From Eledone cirrhosa (lineage: Eukaryota), in NCBI GenBank assembly GCA_964016885.1, contig OZ024764.1, forward strand, positions 1,984,001 to 2,048,000: a DNA stretch of 64,000 nt, read 5' to 3'. The notes beneath the pieces were generated by a model, which saw only the letters and a list, made by a program, of their open reading frames with translations, made no database searches and was not told the origin of the DNA. The translations under genes were made by a program, and so were the position numbers. Below, in pieces: positions 14,441 to 26,673 of the stretch (its first letter is position 1; the number at the start of each line of letters is the position of its first letter).

Positions 14441-15259
14441 AGTCACTACCCATGTTTCACTACCATGTAGCACCACATGTCCTCTGCAGTCACAGCTCAT
14501 GTTTGACTACCATGTAGTACCACATGTACTCTGCAGTCACTGCCCATGCTTCACTACCATGTAGCACCACATGTACTCTGCAGTCACTGCCCATGTTTGA
14601 CTACCATGTAGTACCACATGTACTCTGCAGTCACTGCCCATGTTTGACTACCATGTAGTACCTCATGTCTTCTGCAGTCACAGCCCATGTTTCACTACCA
14701 TGTAGTACCACATGTACTCTGCAGTCACTGCCCATGTTTGACTACCATGTAGCACCACATGTACTCTGCAGTCACTGCCCATGTTTCACTACCATGTAGT
14801 ACCACATGTCCTCTGCAGTCACAGTCCATGTTTCACTACCATGTAGCACCACATGTTATCTGCAGTCACTGCCCATGTTTCACTACCATGTAGCACCACA
14901 TGTCCTCTGCAGTCACTGCCCATGTTTCACTACCATGTAGCACCACATGTACTCTGCAGTCACTGCCCATCTAGCACCACATGTCCTCTGCAGTCACTGC
15001 CCATGTTTGACTACCATGTAGTACCACATGTACTCTGCAGTCACTGCCCATGTTTGACTACCATGTAGCACCACATGTCCTCTGCAGTCACAGTCCATGT
15101 TTCACTACCATGTAGCACCACATGTACTCTGCAGTCACTGCCCATGTTTCACTACCATGTAGTACCACATGTACTCTGCAGTCACTGCCCATGTTTGACT
15201 TCCATGTAGTACCACATGTCCTCTGCAGTCACTGCCCATGTTTCACTACCATGTAGCAC
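14439..15259 (-). repeat. 47-bp minisatellite (~17 copies) derived from the RTE segment [13 protein letters not shown]
   Basis: Reverse complement of unit = gtggtgctacatggtagtgaaacatgggcagtgactgcagag; compare 50190-50232. Confidence 0.85.
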
Positions 15260-15989
15260 CTCACTTCACACACAGGTGTTCCTCTACCTTTATCTCTCTA
15301 CCTCTCTCCATTCCACTCTACTTATTTGTCTCTTTCTCTCTCTCTACCTCTCTCTCTCTCCACCTGTCTCTCTCTCTCACTCTACCTCTATATCTACCCC
15401 TCTCTCTCTCTCTACCCCCTCTCTCTCCACCTCCACCCCCTCTCTCTCTACCCCCCTCTCTCCACCTCTCTCTCCACAGACAGACACAATGTTGTCTGTC
15501 TGTCTGTGGAGGTGGTGTTGTAGTGGTGGTGGTGGTGGTGTTATAGTAGTTGTAGTGGTGGTGGTTGTGTAGTGGTGGTGGTAGTGGCGGAGTGGTGTGG
15601 TGGTGGTGGCGTAGTGGTGGTGGTGGTAGTAGTGTGGTGGTGGTAGTGGTGTAGTGGTGGTAGTGGCGGAGTGGTGTGGTGGTGGTGGCGTAGTGGTGGT
15701 GGTGGTAGTGGTGGTAGTGGTGGTAGTGGCGTAGTGGTAGTAGTGGTAGTGGTGTAGTGGCGTAGCGGTAGTGGTGTAGTGGTGGTGGTGGTGGTGGTGG
15801 TGTTAAGACAGACACAATGTTGTTGTGTCTGTCTGACTCATCACAATGGAATGTTGTTTTGATTCTTTACATCTCTTCACACTATTGAGTGGTGACTGGT
15901 GGGAGTGATAGTATATATGGTGGTGGTGGTGGTGGTGTTGACGATGGTTATGATGGTCATATTTGGGTCTGTGTATATATGTATATATA

Positions 15990-16031
<42 letters not shown>

Positions 16032-16205
16032 TGTGTGTATATATATATATGCGTGTATGTATATATATATATATGTGTGTGTGTGTATATATATGTGTGT
16101 ATATATATATGTGTGTGTGTGTATATATATATGTGTGTGTGTGTGTGTATATATATATGCGTGTATGTATATATATATATGTGTGTGTGTGTATATATAT
16201 GTGTG

Positions 16206-16236
<31 letters not shown>

Positions 16237-16243
16237 ATATATA

Positions 16244-16280
<37 letters not shown>

Positions 16281-16308
16281 GCCTGTATGTATATATATAT
16301 ATTTTTAA

Positions 16309-16343
<35 letters not shown>

Positions 16344-16352
16344 GCTTGTATG

Positions 16353-16383
<31 letters not shown>

Positions 16384-16436
16384 ATATATATATATGTGTG
16401 TGTGTGTGTGTATGTATGTGTGTGTATATATATATA

Positions 16437-16469
<33 letters not shown>

Positions 16470-16828
16470 GTGTGGGTGTGTGTGTCATCATCATCATCAT
16501 TGTGTGTGTATATTTCTGTATGTGTGTGTGTGTATGTATATATATATGTGTGTGTGTGTGTATATTTATGTATATATGTATGTGTATATTTATATATATA
16601 TATGTGTGTGTGTGTATATATTGTTTAATGCTTGTCTTAATTGCGACCCACCCCCTACTTAAGTTCTAATCTCATATCACCCCTCCCTCCTTGTTGTAGT
16701 TGCTGTTTAGCCCCAGGTCAGGTTTCCCTAATCCACCAAGACCATTATTATATATATATCTCCAGTAATTGCTAACCTGTCTCTATTTTTAGCTAGATTA
16801 TTAGGGCTTATGCAGTCCCCACACACAC

Positions 16829-16880
<52 letters not shown>

Positions 16881-16882
<2 letters not shown>

Positions 16883-17352
16883 TCATCATCATCATCATCG
16901 TTTAACGTCCATCTTCCACGCTTGCATGGGTTTGGACGGGAATTGTCCCACTTGAGGCAAGAGTGGTTGTCTTGCTCGTATAGGACTGTCTGGCGGGTTT
17001 TCTACGGCTGGATGCCCTTCCTAACACCAACCACATTTACAGTGTGGACTGAGAACTTTTTACCGTGTTACCTACACGGCCACATTACAGCGTGGACTGT
17101 GTGTTTTTTGTCGTGACACCTACACGATCTCGATCTCATTATCTCATTTATTTGGACTGGATGCTGTGGTACCAACTTTATAGAGAGAGGGTGGTGTTGG
17201 TGGGAGTGGGAGGATAGGGTAGGGGTAGTGGATTGTGGTGTATATGTGGTTAAGAGGTGCCTACTGACTGTAGGTTTCGCTTTGTACATAGGTAAGGCGG
17301 GTCTTCTGTATTACTGCGTAGCGCCAAAGATATCAGTCCAGTGACATTGTCT
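16881..17352 (-). mobile_element. RTE family A 3' fragment (ORF end plus 3' UTR)
   Basis: Matches 41945-42375. Confidence 0.85.
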
Positions 17353-17362
17353 TAGAGAGACA

Positions 17363-17405
<43 letters not shown>

Positions 17406-17411
17406 ATATAT

Positions 17412-17628
17412 AAATGAGGTCATGTAGGTGTCACGACAAAAAAACACACAGTCCATGTTGTAATGTGGCCATGTAGGTAACACGGTAAAAAGTTCCCAGT
17501 TCCACACTGTAAATGTGGTTGGTGTTAGGAAGGGCATCCAGCCGTAGAAAACCTGCCAGATAGTCCTATATGAGCGAGACACGGTCACCCGACCAGCCTT
17601 GACTCAAATTGGGACAACTCCCGTCTAA
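17412..17628 (+). mobile_element. RTE-A-type 3' UTR fragment, inverted relative to 16881-17352
   Basis: ggttggtgttaggaagggcatccagccgtagaaaacc core. Confidence 0.75.
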
Positions 17629-17850
17629 CATTTTTGGATGGCCGTTGACCCTTATGAGTTCTTCGCCCTCTGTCAGGTTTTGTTTTTTGTCCTCCAGGGT
17701 GTCCAAAATCCAAGTAAACTTGGTGGGGTTGCTGGTTTAGTCGCCGACAACCCGACCATGCGACTGGTTATATATATCATCATCATCATCATCATCATCA
17801 TCATTTTACGTCCGCTTTTCCCTGCTTGCAAGGACACATATATACATATA

Positions 17851-17950
17851 CAGGATGTCCCCAACAAAATGTATACATACTTTGATTACCTGTATAGGCA
17901 ATATTATTAGACTGCTGTTGAAGCGTTTATACATTTTTTTGGACACCCTA
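17851..17950. mobile_element. Tc1/mariner-type MITE (100 bp)
   Basis: TA-caggatgtccccaacaaaatgtatac...tttatacattttttttggacacccta-TA; imperfect ~25-bp TIRs. Confidence 0.65.
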
Positions 17951-17958
17951 TATATATA

Positions 17959-18296
17959 TCATCATCATCATCATCATCATTTTACGTGTGCTTTTCCCTG
18001 CTTGCAAGGGTGGGACGGGAACTGATTCTGGCTTGATTTCTACAGCTGGATGCCCTTCCTAACACCAACCTCATTTACAGTGAGTGCTGGGTGCTTTTTT
18101 TGCTGTGGCACCTCCACGACCACTTTACAGTGGAATGATAGGGACCCCAGTCCCTATCATCTCATTTCTACAGCTGAGTAAACTGGAGCAATGTGAAATA
18201 AAGTATCTTGCTCAAGGAAACAACACATCACCCGGTCTGAGAATTGAACTCACAACCTTTCGATTGCAAGGCCAATGCTCTAACCACTAAGCCATG
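17959..18296 (-). mobile_element. SINE family S1
   Basis: Near-identical reverse complement of 27185-27519. Confidence 0.9.
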
Positions 18297-18333
18297 TATT
18301 TAATTAGAAAGTGAACAACACAAAATATAACTA

Positions 18334-18400
18334 CTCCATTACCAAAGGTTTCTGGATCACAGATGATAATATATACCCCTGGATTGTTCGTCAGATAGAG
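18334..18400 (-). ncRNA. Type I hammerhead ribozyme motif with long stem II
   Basis: ctctat-CTGACGA-[35 nt]-GAAA-CC-ttt-GG-TA-atggag; stem I 6 bp, GUA cleavage triplet. Confidence 0.65.
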
Positions 18401-18418
18401 ATGTTATAGATAACCCTA

Positions 18419-18665
18419 TCTATATATCTAAAACAGAGAACGTCTGTCTGTCTGACTCCCTAAAACTCGAGAACCACCCAACCGCATTAGGCAATTTAGC
18501 GATCTCTCTCTATAATTCTTAGTCTTTCTCTTTTTAGATAGATACATAGATATAACGTTGCACCCTTATAATATCTGTCTGTATGTCTGGCTGTCTGCAT
18601 TACAACATTACGACGCTATATGTGTGTATGTATATATGTATATATATTGTGTGTATATATATATA

Positions 18666-18696
<31 letters not shown>

Positions 18697-19097
18697 GTGT
18701 GTAACGTTTTCGAAATATTTACTTCTGCATTCACAGATTGATTTTTTTAGTTTCAGAAGATCCCGTTAAGGTTGAAAGCGATTCTTTGCTTAAACTTTAA
18801 TCTGTTATTTTAATATATATATATATATATATATAATTATATATTCGTGTACAGATATTTTTGCATACAAAATAACAAAATATAAACAAAAGTATTGATT
18901 TCGCGATAAAGTATTGATTTTCTTCGCACAGAAAAAAAACCCTGTTAATCTACGACAAATTATTTTTTACAAGCACAAAATGTAGACACCATCCCAAGGC
19001 CGAGGTATTCCGTACTTCTCTGTACTGTTTCAGGAAGGAGGGATAAACATGCCAATCTATGTTTAGAATCCCGAGCAACGCCGGGTCATTCTGCTAG
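18419..19097 (+). mobile_element. Non-autonomous Helitron
   Basis: A|TCTATATAT 5' end; 3' hairpin cccgagcaacgccggg then CTAG|T; ends shared with 29214-29809. Confidence 0.75.
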
Positions 19098-19410
19098 TAT
19101 TTACTATAAATCTCATCAGTACGAGTGGCCAGTCGTTGCTAGTTTGAACAGAAAGAGGTGAGAGAATTCTGGTCATCCACAAAGTTCCTGAGTATGATAT
19201 TTAGAAAGGCTTAACTCTTTACTATTTACATTACTCTATATATACTGCTGTAAGAGGTGAGAGAATTTTGGCCAGATATGGCCGGTTTAAATGCTAAAGG
19301 GTAAATCGACTTTCCCCTTCCCTCTAAATTGCTGGCCTTGTGTCTAAAGTTGGAAACTTTGTTCTTGTTGTTGTTCGTTTTTCACTTTTGTCTTCTTCTT
19401 CCCTCCTTAG

Positions 19411-19623
19411 GAGAACTTTGTGGAAGTGATGGAAAACCAGGAGTTTCTCAAGCTTGCCCCCGAAGACGTGGGCAAGCTGCTGTCCAGCGATGACCTTAAC
19501 GTACCCAGTGAAGAGACCATATTCCAGGCTCTCAAGGCGTGGGCCAGGTATGATATCACCAACAGGAAGAAACACCTCTCCAAGTTACTCTCTCACATTA
19601 AACTGCCTCTCATGGCACCACAG
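19411..19623 (+). CDS. KLHL5: Kelch-like protein exon B (BACK domain)
   Basis: ccctccttag|GAG; ENFVEVMENQEFLKLAPEDVGKLLSSDDLNVPSEETIFQAL...HIKLPLMAPQ; donor CAG|GTGAGC; phase 0/0. Confidence 0.95.
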
Positions 19624-19747
19624 GTGAGCAAATAGGTTTTTTTCATGGGGTTTAGGGGTCTTTTGTTGCCGCTCATGGCACCACAGGTGAGCAGACAGGT
19701 TTTTGTTGGGTGCTGGTGGTTTTGAGGGTGGGCTGGAAGTTACTGTC

Positions 19748-20466
19748 GTAAATGTTATGTGAGATATTATGTGAGGTAAAGCCTTTACTGTGAAAATACA
19801 ATAGTATATATAGAGTAATGTAAATGTTATGTGAGGTAAAGCCTTTACTGTGACAATACAATAGTATATATAGAGTAATGTAAATGTTATGTGAGATATT
19901 ATGTGAGGTAAAGCCTTTACTGTGAAAATACAATAGTATATATAGAGTAATGTAAATGTTATGTGAGATATTATGTGAGGTAAAGCCTTTACTGTGACAA
20001 TACAATAGTATATATAGAGTAATGTAAATGTTATGTGAGATATTATGTGAGGTAAAGCCTTTACTGTGACAATACAATAGTATATATAGAGTAATGTAAA
20101 TGTTATGTGAGATATTATGTGAGGTAAAGCCTTTACTGTGAAAATACAATAGTATATATAGAGTAATGTAAATGTTATGTGAGATATTATGTGAGGTAAA
20201 GCCTTTACTGTGACAATACAATAGTATATATAGAGTAATGTAAATGTTATGTGAGATATTATGTGAGGTAAAGCCTTTACTGTGAAAATATAATAGTATA
20301 TATAGAGTAATGTAAATGTTATGTGAGATATTATGTGAGGTAAAGCCTTTACTGTGAAAATATAATAGTATATATAGAGTAATGTGAGATATTATGTGAG
20401 GTAAAGCCTTTACTGTGACAATACAATAGTATATATAGAGTAATGTAAATGTTATGTGAGGTAAAG
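19748..20466. repeat. 72-bp minisatellite (~10 copies) filling intron B-C
   Basis: Period 72 (19879 to 19951); each unit contains GAG|GTAAAG. Confidence 0.92.
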
Positions 20467-20492
20467 TGACCATATTGTTGATGTTATTTCAG

Positions 20493-20682
20493 TACATAGC
20501 TGACCATGTGAGGACTGACCCAATATTTTGGGACGATAAGGAATGCCAGGATCTGATAATGGAAGCCCTGATGTACCACGTATTGCCTGAGAGAAGGTCT
20601 TCATTCCAAAGTCAAAGGACCAAACCTCGAAAGTCAACAGTGGGTGTTCTTTACGCTGTTGGGGCAATGGATAATGCTAAAG
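20493..20682 (+). CDS. KLHL5: Kelch-like protein exon C (end of BACK, start of Kelch 1)
   Basis: tatttcag|TAC; [12 protein letters not shown]...[40 protein letters not shown](G); donor AAG|GTAAGT; phase 0/1. Confidence 0.93.
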
Positions 20683-20939
20683 GTAAGTGGTGTAGTGGTG
20701 GTGGTGGTGGTGGGGTGGTGGTGGTGGTGGTTGGGTGGTGGCAGTGGTGGTGGTGGTGGGGTGGTGGTGGCGGGGGGGGGGGGGGGGTTATTGGTGTAGT
20801 GGTGATGTTCTCTATGCTATCAGAGCAATGGGGTTTGTTGTGATATTTATGTGTGCTAGTGTGGAAGATGGACGTTAAACGATGATGATGATGATATACC
20901 GAGAACAATTATTTCACCTTATTCTAACTATTGTGGAAC

Positions 20940-20981
<42 letters not shown>

Positions 20982-20984
<3 letters not shown>

Positions 20985-21106
20985 TTTATAGAAGGAGCTT
21001 CTACAGGACTAGTACTGTTTCATTCAGATGAAATCTTCAGGAAGCTCATGAAGATTTCATCTGAATGAAACAGTACTAGTCCTGTAGAAGGTCCTTCTAT
21101 AAAATA
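20982..21106. repeat. 125-bp fold-back palindrome at the 5' end of a Penelope-like fragment (tail to ~21180)
   Basis: Near-perfect ~57-bp arms; downstream actctgccatgtattgagtacc shared with 26091-26143. Confidence 0.85.
20995..21047 (-). ncRNA. Type I hammerhead ribozyme motif
   Basis: gagcttc-CTGAAGA-t-ttc-atct-gaa-t-GAAA-CAG-tactagtc-CTG-TA-gaagctc. Confidence 0.75.
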
Positions 21107-21192
21107 AAAAAATTTTACTCTGCCATGTATTGAGTACCTTACTTACTGTGGTTATCCCCGACCCAACCCGGGACCTACGTATATATATATAT

Positions 21193-21618
21193 ATATAAGT
21201 ATGTATACGTACGTACATATATGTATACAGACATACAGTCGTATGTATATATATATACATACATGCACACATATATATATGTAAGTATGGATTCACCGAA
21301 CATTTATTATAATGCTTGGTGTGTTTGTAAACAAACATCCCGTATTAAGCCGTAGTGTCTAGCAACCATCGTTGCTGATGATAGCTAATAAGCTTGAAAC
21401 TAGTACAGCGTTCCTTTGTCAGTGTTGAACAAACGATCAACGATGGTTGCTAGACACTACGGCTTAATACGGGATGTTTTTTTACAAACACACCGAGCAT
21501 TATAATAAATGTTCGGTGAATCCATACGTACATATATATATGTGTGCATGTATGTATATATATATACATACTACTGTACGTCTGTATACATATATGTATG
21601 TACGTGTACATACTTATA
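21193..21618. repeat. Long inverted repeat (~180-bp arms 21193-21374 and 21438-21618)
   Basis: e.g. aacatcccgtattaagccgtagtgtctagcaaccatcgttg versus caacgatggttgctagacactacggcttaatacgggatgtt. Confidence 0.92.
21370..21410 (+). ncRNA. Minimal type I hammerhead ribozyme motif, sense strand, intron C-D
   Basis: cgttg-CTGATGA-t-agct-aata-agct-t-GAA-ACTAGT-A-cagcg; palindromic stem III; predicted cut after 21405. Confidence 0.75.
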
Positions 21619-21773
21619 TTTAAGTAACAGCCGTACTAAGAGTGGGAAATGAAATTTCGTTTAGAGAGACAGACAGACAGACAGAGATGCTGTGCTGAGT
21701 AGGACCCCTCCTGCCCTTGCAAGCGGGGGCAAGTGGATGTGTGATGATGATGATTTATTGTCTTATATTTCAG

Positions 21774-21998
21774 GTGCTACAACGATTGAAAGGTATGACC
21801 TCCGTACAAACACCTGGACTCAGGTGGCCAATATGAATGGCCGAAGACTGCAGTTTGGTGTAGCTGTCCTCGATGGACGTCTGTATGTGGTCGGAGGGAG
21901 AGATGGACTGAAAACCCTCAATACAGTCGAATGTTACGACCCCAAACGGAAGAGCTGGAGTTCTATGCCCCCAATGTCAACACATCGGCATGGCTTAG
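21774..21998 (+). CDS. KLHL5: Kelch-like protein exon D (Kelch repeats)
   Basis: atttcag|GT; [56 protein letters not shown]...MSTHRHGL(G); donor TAG|GTGAGT; phase 1/1. Confidence 0.96.
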
Positions 21999-22334
21999 GT
22001 GAGTATGTGATGGTGGTGGTGGTGGTGTGGTGTGGTGTGGTGTGGTGGTTGTGGTAGCGTGGTGGTGTGGTGGTGGTGGTGGTGTGGTGTGGTAGTGGTG
22101 GTTGTGGTGATGGTGTAGTGGTGGTGTGGTGGTGTAGTGGTTATGGTGGTGATGTGGTGGTGGTTGTGTGGTGTAGTGGTGGTGGTGGTGTGGTGTGGTG
22201 GTGGTGGTAGTGGTAGCGTGGTAGTGTGGTGGTGTAGTGGTTATGGTGGTGATGTGGTGGTGGTTGTGTGGTGTAGTGGTGGTAGTGATAGTGGGCATTT
22301 GGTGAGCTGTTAAAATAAAGTACCAGTAATGCAG

Positions 22335-22990
22335 TTGTGTTATATGGTCTTGACTGTGGAAACTGGATGACAAGGTCACTTCAGAAGCTCTCTACATTCC
22401 AGAACCACATCATGAGACTTATGACTGGCAAGCGGCTCAGCGACCGTATCTGTATCAGTGAGCTGTTCCACATTACCAGACTTAGACCAATTACATCAAT
22501 TGTCAAGTCAAGAGTACTCAAACTATACGGTCATATAAAAAGATCAACTCGTGGTGTGAGTAGGTTATGCCTGGAAGGAAGGTTGGCTGGTAAGAGAAGC
22601 AGAGGCCGGCAGCCAAAATGATGGCTTGATAATGTCAACTTATGGACTGGACTTGATCTTTGCTCTTTAAACTCTGCTGTTGGTGATCGAAAGGTATTAT
22701 ATATTCCTGGAAGGAAGGGTGGCTGGTAAGAGAAGCAGAGGCTGGCAGCCAAAACTATGACTTGATAATGTCAACTTATGGACTGGACTTGATCTTTGCT
22801 CTTTAAACTGTTGTTGGTGATTGAAAGGTATTATATATTCCTGGAAGGAAGGGTGGCTGGTAAGAGAAGCAGAGGCTGGCAGCCAAAACTATGACTTGAT
22901 AATGTCAACTTATGGACTGGACTTGATCTTTGTTCTTTAAACTCTGCTGTTGGTGATGGAACTTTGTGGAGAGAGATATGACATGTGGCA
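22335..22990 (+). mobile_element. Non-LTR (RTE-like) C-terminal fragment with a ~130-bp triplication
   Basis: LYGLDC..KLSTFQNHIMR..LKLYGHIKR..LEGRLAGKRSRGRQPK; repeats start at ~22570, 22706 and 22840. Confidence 0.75.
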
Positions 22991-23059
22991 GTCTGCAACT
23001 GGTGGAGTTTAGTGTCACAAGAGGAATACAATCTAACGTTCCCTGTTTTGTATTTTTAG

Positions 23060-23222
23060 GAGTCGGAGTTCTAGAAGGTCCAATGTATGCTGTTGGAGGA
23101 CACGATGGCTGGTCTTATTTAAATACTGTGGAGAGGTGGGACCCCCAGGCACGTCAGTGGAGTTATGTTGCCCCTATGTCAACTCCACGTAGTACGGTAG
23201 GAGTTGCCGTTCTTGGAGCAAA
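23060..23222 (+). CDS. KLHL5: Kelch-like protein exon E (Kelch repeats)
   Basis: tatttttag|GA; [53 protein letters not shown](K); donor AA|GTAAGT; phase 1/2. Confidence 0.96.
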
Positions 23223-23379
23223 GTAAGTTATCTCCCCTGTCTCTCTCTCATCTTATTCCTCTCTTCCCTTCCCTCATTCACTGTCTTTCCCTACCTCTCA
23301 CTCTCTCTCTCCTCACACCCTCATTCATCACTCTCTCTCTCTCTCTCTCCTCCCTCGCTGTCTCTCCTCTCTCACTGCT

Positions 23380-23737
23380 TCCTCTCTATTACAGTCTCTG
23401 TCTCACACTTACACTCTCGCCCCTCTCTCTATTGCAGACTGTCTTTCCTCACTCTCTCCCCCTCTCTATTACACACTCTTCTCACACTCCCCCCTCTCTA
23501 TTACAGACTATATCTCCTCACTCTCCCCCTCTCTCTCTATTACACACTCTCACACTCCCCCTCTCTATTACAGACTATATCTCTTCTCACTCTCCCACTC
23601 CCCCTCTCTATTACAGACTATATCTCTTCTCACTCTCCTCACACTCTCCCCTCTCTCTATTACACACTCCCCCCTCTCTATTACAGACTATATCTCCTCT
23701 CACTCTCCTCACACTCTCCCCCTCTCTATTACAGACT
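23380..23737 (+). repeat. CT-rich degenerate tandem repeat that includes the exon F acceptor
   Basis: Recurrent ctctctattacagact. Confidence 0.8.
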
Positions 23738-23947
23738 GTACGCTGTCGGGGGTCGTGATGGTAGTTCCTGCCTCAAGTCAGTGGAGTGTTTTGACCCCCA
23801 CACCAACAAGTGGACTGCCTGTACGACCATGTCCAAACGGAGAGGAGGTGTAGGGGTCAGCACCTGCAACGGCTTCCTCTACGCTGTAGGGGGTCACGAA
23901 GCCCCGGCATCCAACCCCACCTGTTGTAGGTTTGATTGTGCTGAAAG
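23735..23947 (+). CDS. KLHL5: Kelch-like protein exon F (Kelch repeats; absent from the ORF track)
   Basis: ctctctattacag|A; [70 protein letters not shown](R); donor AG|GTAAGG; phase 2/2. Confidence 0.95.
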
Positions 23948-23954
23948 GTAAGGA

Positions 23955-25784
23955 CCACCATCACCACCACCACCATCACCATCATCATCACCACCATCAT
24001 CATCACCATCATAACCACCACCACCATCATCATCATCAACACCATCAACACCACCACCATCACCACCACCACCATCACCACCACCACCACCACCATCATC
24101 ATCACCACCACCATCACCACCACCACCACCATCACCACCACCACCACCACCATCATCACCACCACCACCACCATCACCACCACCATCACCACCACCACCA
24201 CCACCACCATCACCATCACCACCACCATCACCACCACCACCACCATCACCACCACCACCATCACCACCACCATCACCACCACCACCACCACCATCACCAC
24301 CACCACAACCACCATCACCACCACCACCACCACCATCACCACCACCACCACCACCATCACCACCACCACCACCATCACCACCACCACCACCATCACCACC
24401 ACCATCACCACCACCACCACCACCATCACCACCACCACCATCACCACCACCACCACCATCACCACCACCACCACCATCACCACCACCACCACCATCACCA
24501 CCACCATCACCACCACCACCACCACCACCACCATCACCACCACCACCACCATCACCACCACCACCATCACCACCACCACCACCACCACCACCATCACCAC
24601 CACCACCACCACCACCATCACCACCACCATCACCACCACCACCACCACCACCATCACCACCACCACCACCACCACCATCACCACCACCACCACCACCACC
24701 ATCACCACCACCACCACCACCACCACCACCACCACCACCACCATCACCACCACCACCACCACCACCACCACCACCATCACCACCACCACCACCACCACCA
24801 TCACCATCACCACCACCACCACCACCACCACCATCACCACCACCACCACCATCACCACCACCACCACCATCACCACCACCACCACCACCATCACCACCAC
24901 CACCACCATCACCACCACCACCACCACCATCACCACCACCACCACCACCATCACCACCACCACCACCATCACCACCACCACCACCACCATCACCACCACC
25001 ACCACCATCACCACCACCACCACCACCACCATCACCACCACCATCACCACCACCACCACCATCACCACCACCACCACCATCACCACCACCACCACCACCA
25101 CCATCACCACCATCACCACCACCACCACCATCACCACCACCACCATCACCACCACCACCACCACCATCACCACCACACCACCACCACCACCACACCACCA
25201 CCACCACCACCACCACCACCACCACCACTATCACCACCACCACCATCACCACCACCACCACCACCATCACCACCACACCACCACCACCACCATCACCACC
25301 ACCACCACCATCACCACCACCACCACCACCATCACCACCACCACACCACCACCACCACCATCACCACCACCACCACCATCACCACCACCACCACCACCAC
25401 CATCACCACCATCACCACCACCACCACCATCACCACCACCACCATCACCACCACCACCACCACCACCACCACCACACCACCACCACCACCACACCACCAC
25501 CACCACCACCACCACCACACCACCACCACCACCACACCACCACCACCACCACACCACCACCATCACCACCACCACCACCACCATCACCACCACCACCACC
25601 ATCACCACCACACCACCACCACCACCATCACCACCACCACCACCACCACCACCACCACACCACCACCACCACCACACCACCACCACCACCACCACCACCA
25701 CACCACCACCACACCACCACCACCACCACACCACCACCACCACCATCACCACCACCACCACCACCACACCACCACCACCACCAT
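23955..25784. repeat. (CAC/CAT)n trinucleotide array ~1.8 kb
   Basis: Direct inspection; begins 7 nt into the intron. Confidence 0.97.
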
Positions 25785-25990
25785 TGTTTAACGTCCATCT
25801 AACCCATGCTAACATGGGTTAGATGGTTTTGTTCCATGTGTTGCGGGAATGGTCGCGAGACGGTGTCTGGCTCGCACGGAAGTGTCCCTGGCAGGTTTCC
25901 TATGGCTGGATGCCCTTCCTTACACCAACTACCTTACAGTGTGGACTGGGACCCTTTTTACTGTGAACCCTACACGGCCACCTAACAGTG
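25785..25990 (-). mobile_element. RTE-tail-bearing fragment (related subfamily)
   Basis: gtttaacgtcc 3' end and ggatgcccttcct..ccaac core. Confidence 0.65.
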
Positions 25991-26018
25991 TTGTATATTT
26001 CATTCGGGAGAAATCATC

Positions 26019-26071
26019 AGGCTTCCTGATGATTTCTCCCGAATGAAACAGTTCTAGTCCTGTAGAAGCCT
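26019..26071 (+). ncRNA. Type I hammerhead ribozyme motif, sense strand, intron F-G
   Basis: aggcttc-CTGATGA-t-ttc-tccc-gaa-t-GAAA-CAG-ttctagtc-CTG-TA-gaagcct; stem I covaries with the 20995-21047 copy; predicted cut after 26064. Confidence 0.8.
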
Positions 26072-26154
26072 TTCTATATTAAATATATATACTCTGCTAT
26101 GTTTTGAATACCTTACTGTGGTTACCCCCAATTGAACCCGGGATAAACTTATAT

Positions 26155-26269
<115 letters not shown>

Positions 26270-26279
26270 ATATATATAT

Positions 26280-26370
<91 letters not shown>

Positions 26371-26382
26371 AATATATACATG

Positions 26383-26420
<38 letters not shown>

Positions 26421-26432
26421 AATATATACATG

Positions 26433-26595
<163 letters not shown>

Positions 26596-26626
26596 AAGAA
26601 TCAAAGAACTGTTCAAAACATTATTG

Positions 26627-26673
26627 TGCTTACAAATGTTTCTTCCAAACCGAGGTTTGGATTCTTCAGAGCA
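26627..26673 (-). ncRNA. Type I hammerhead ribozyme motif
   Basis: tgct-CTGAAGA-a-tccaaac-ctcg-gtttgga-a-GAAAC-attt-GTA-agca. Confidence 0.75.

Noticed and set aside
20658-20673. Kelch GG motif reads VGAMD; possible restoration by RNA editing
   Set aside because: GCA cannot become a Gly codon by A-to-I editing; treated as an ordinary substitution.
23857-25815. Poly-His / poly-Gly / poly-Val ORFs (histidine-rich structural protein?)
   Set aside because: Translations of an intronic (CAC)n tract that starts just after a canonical donor.
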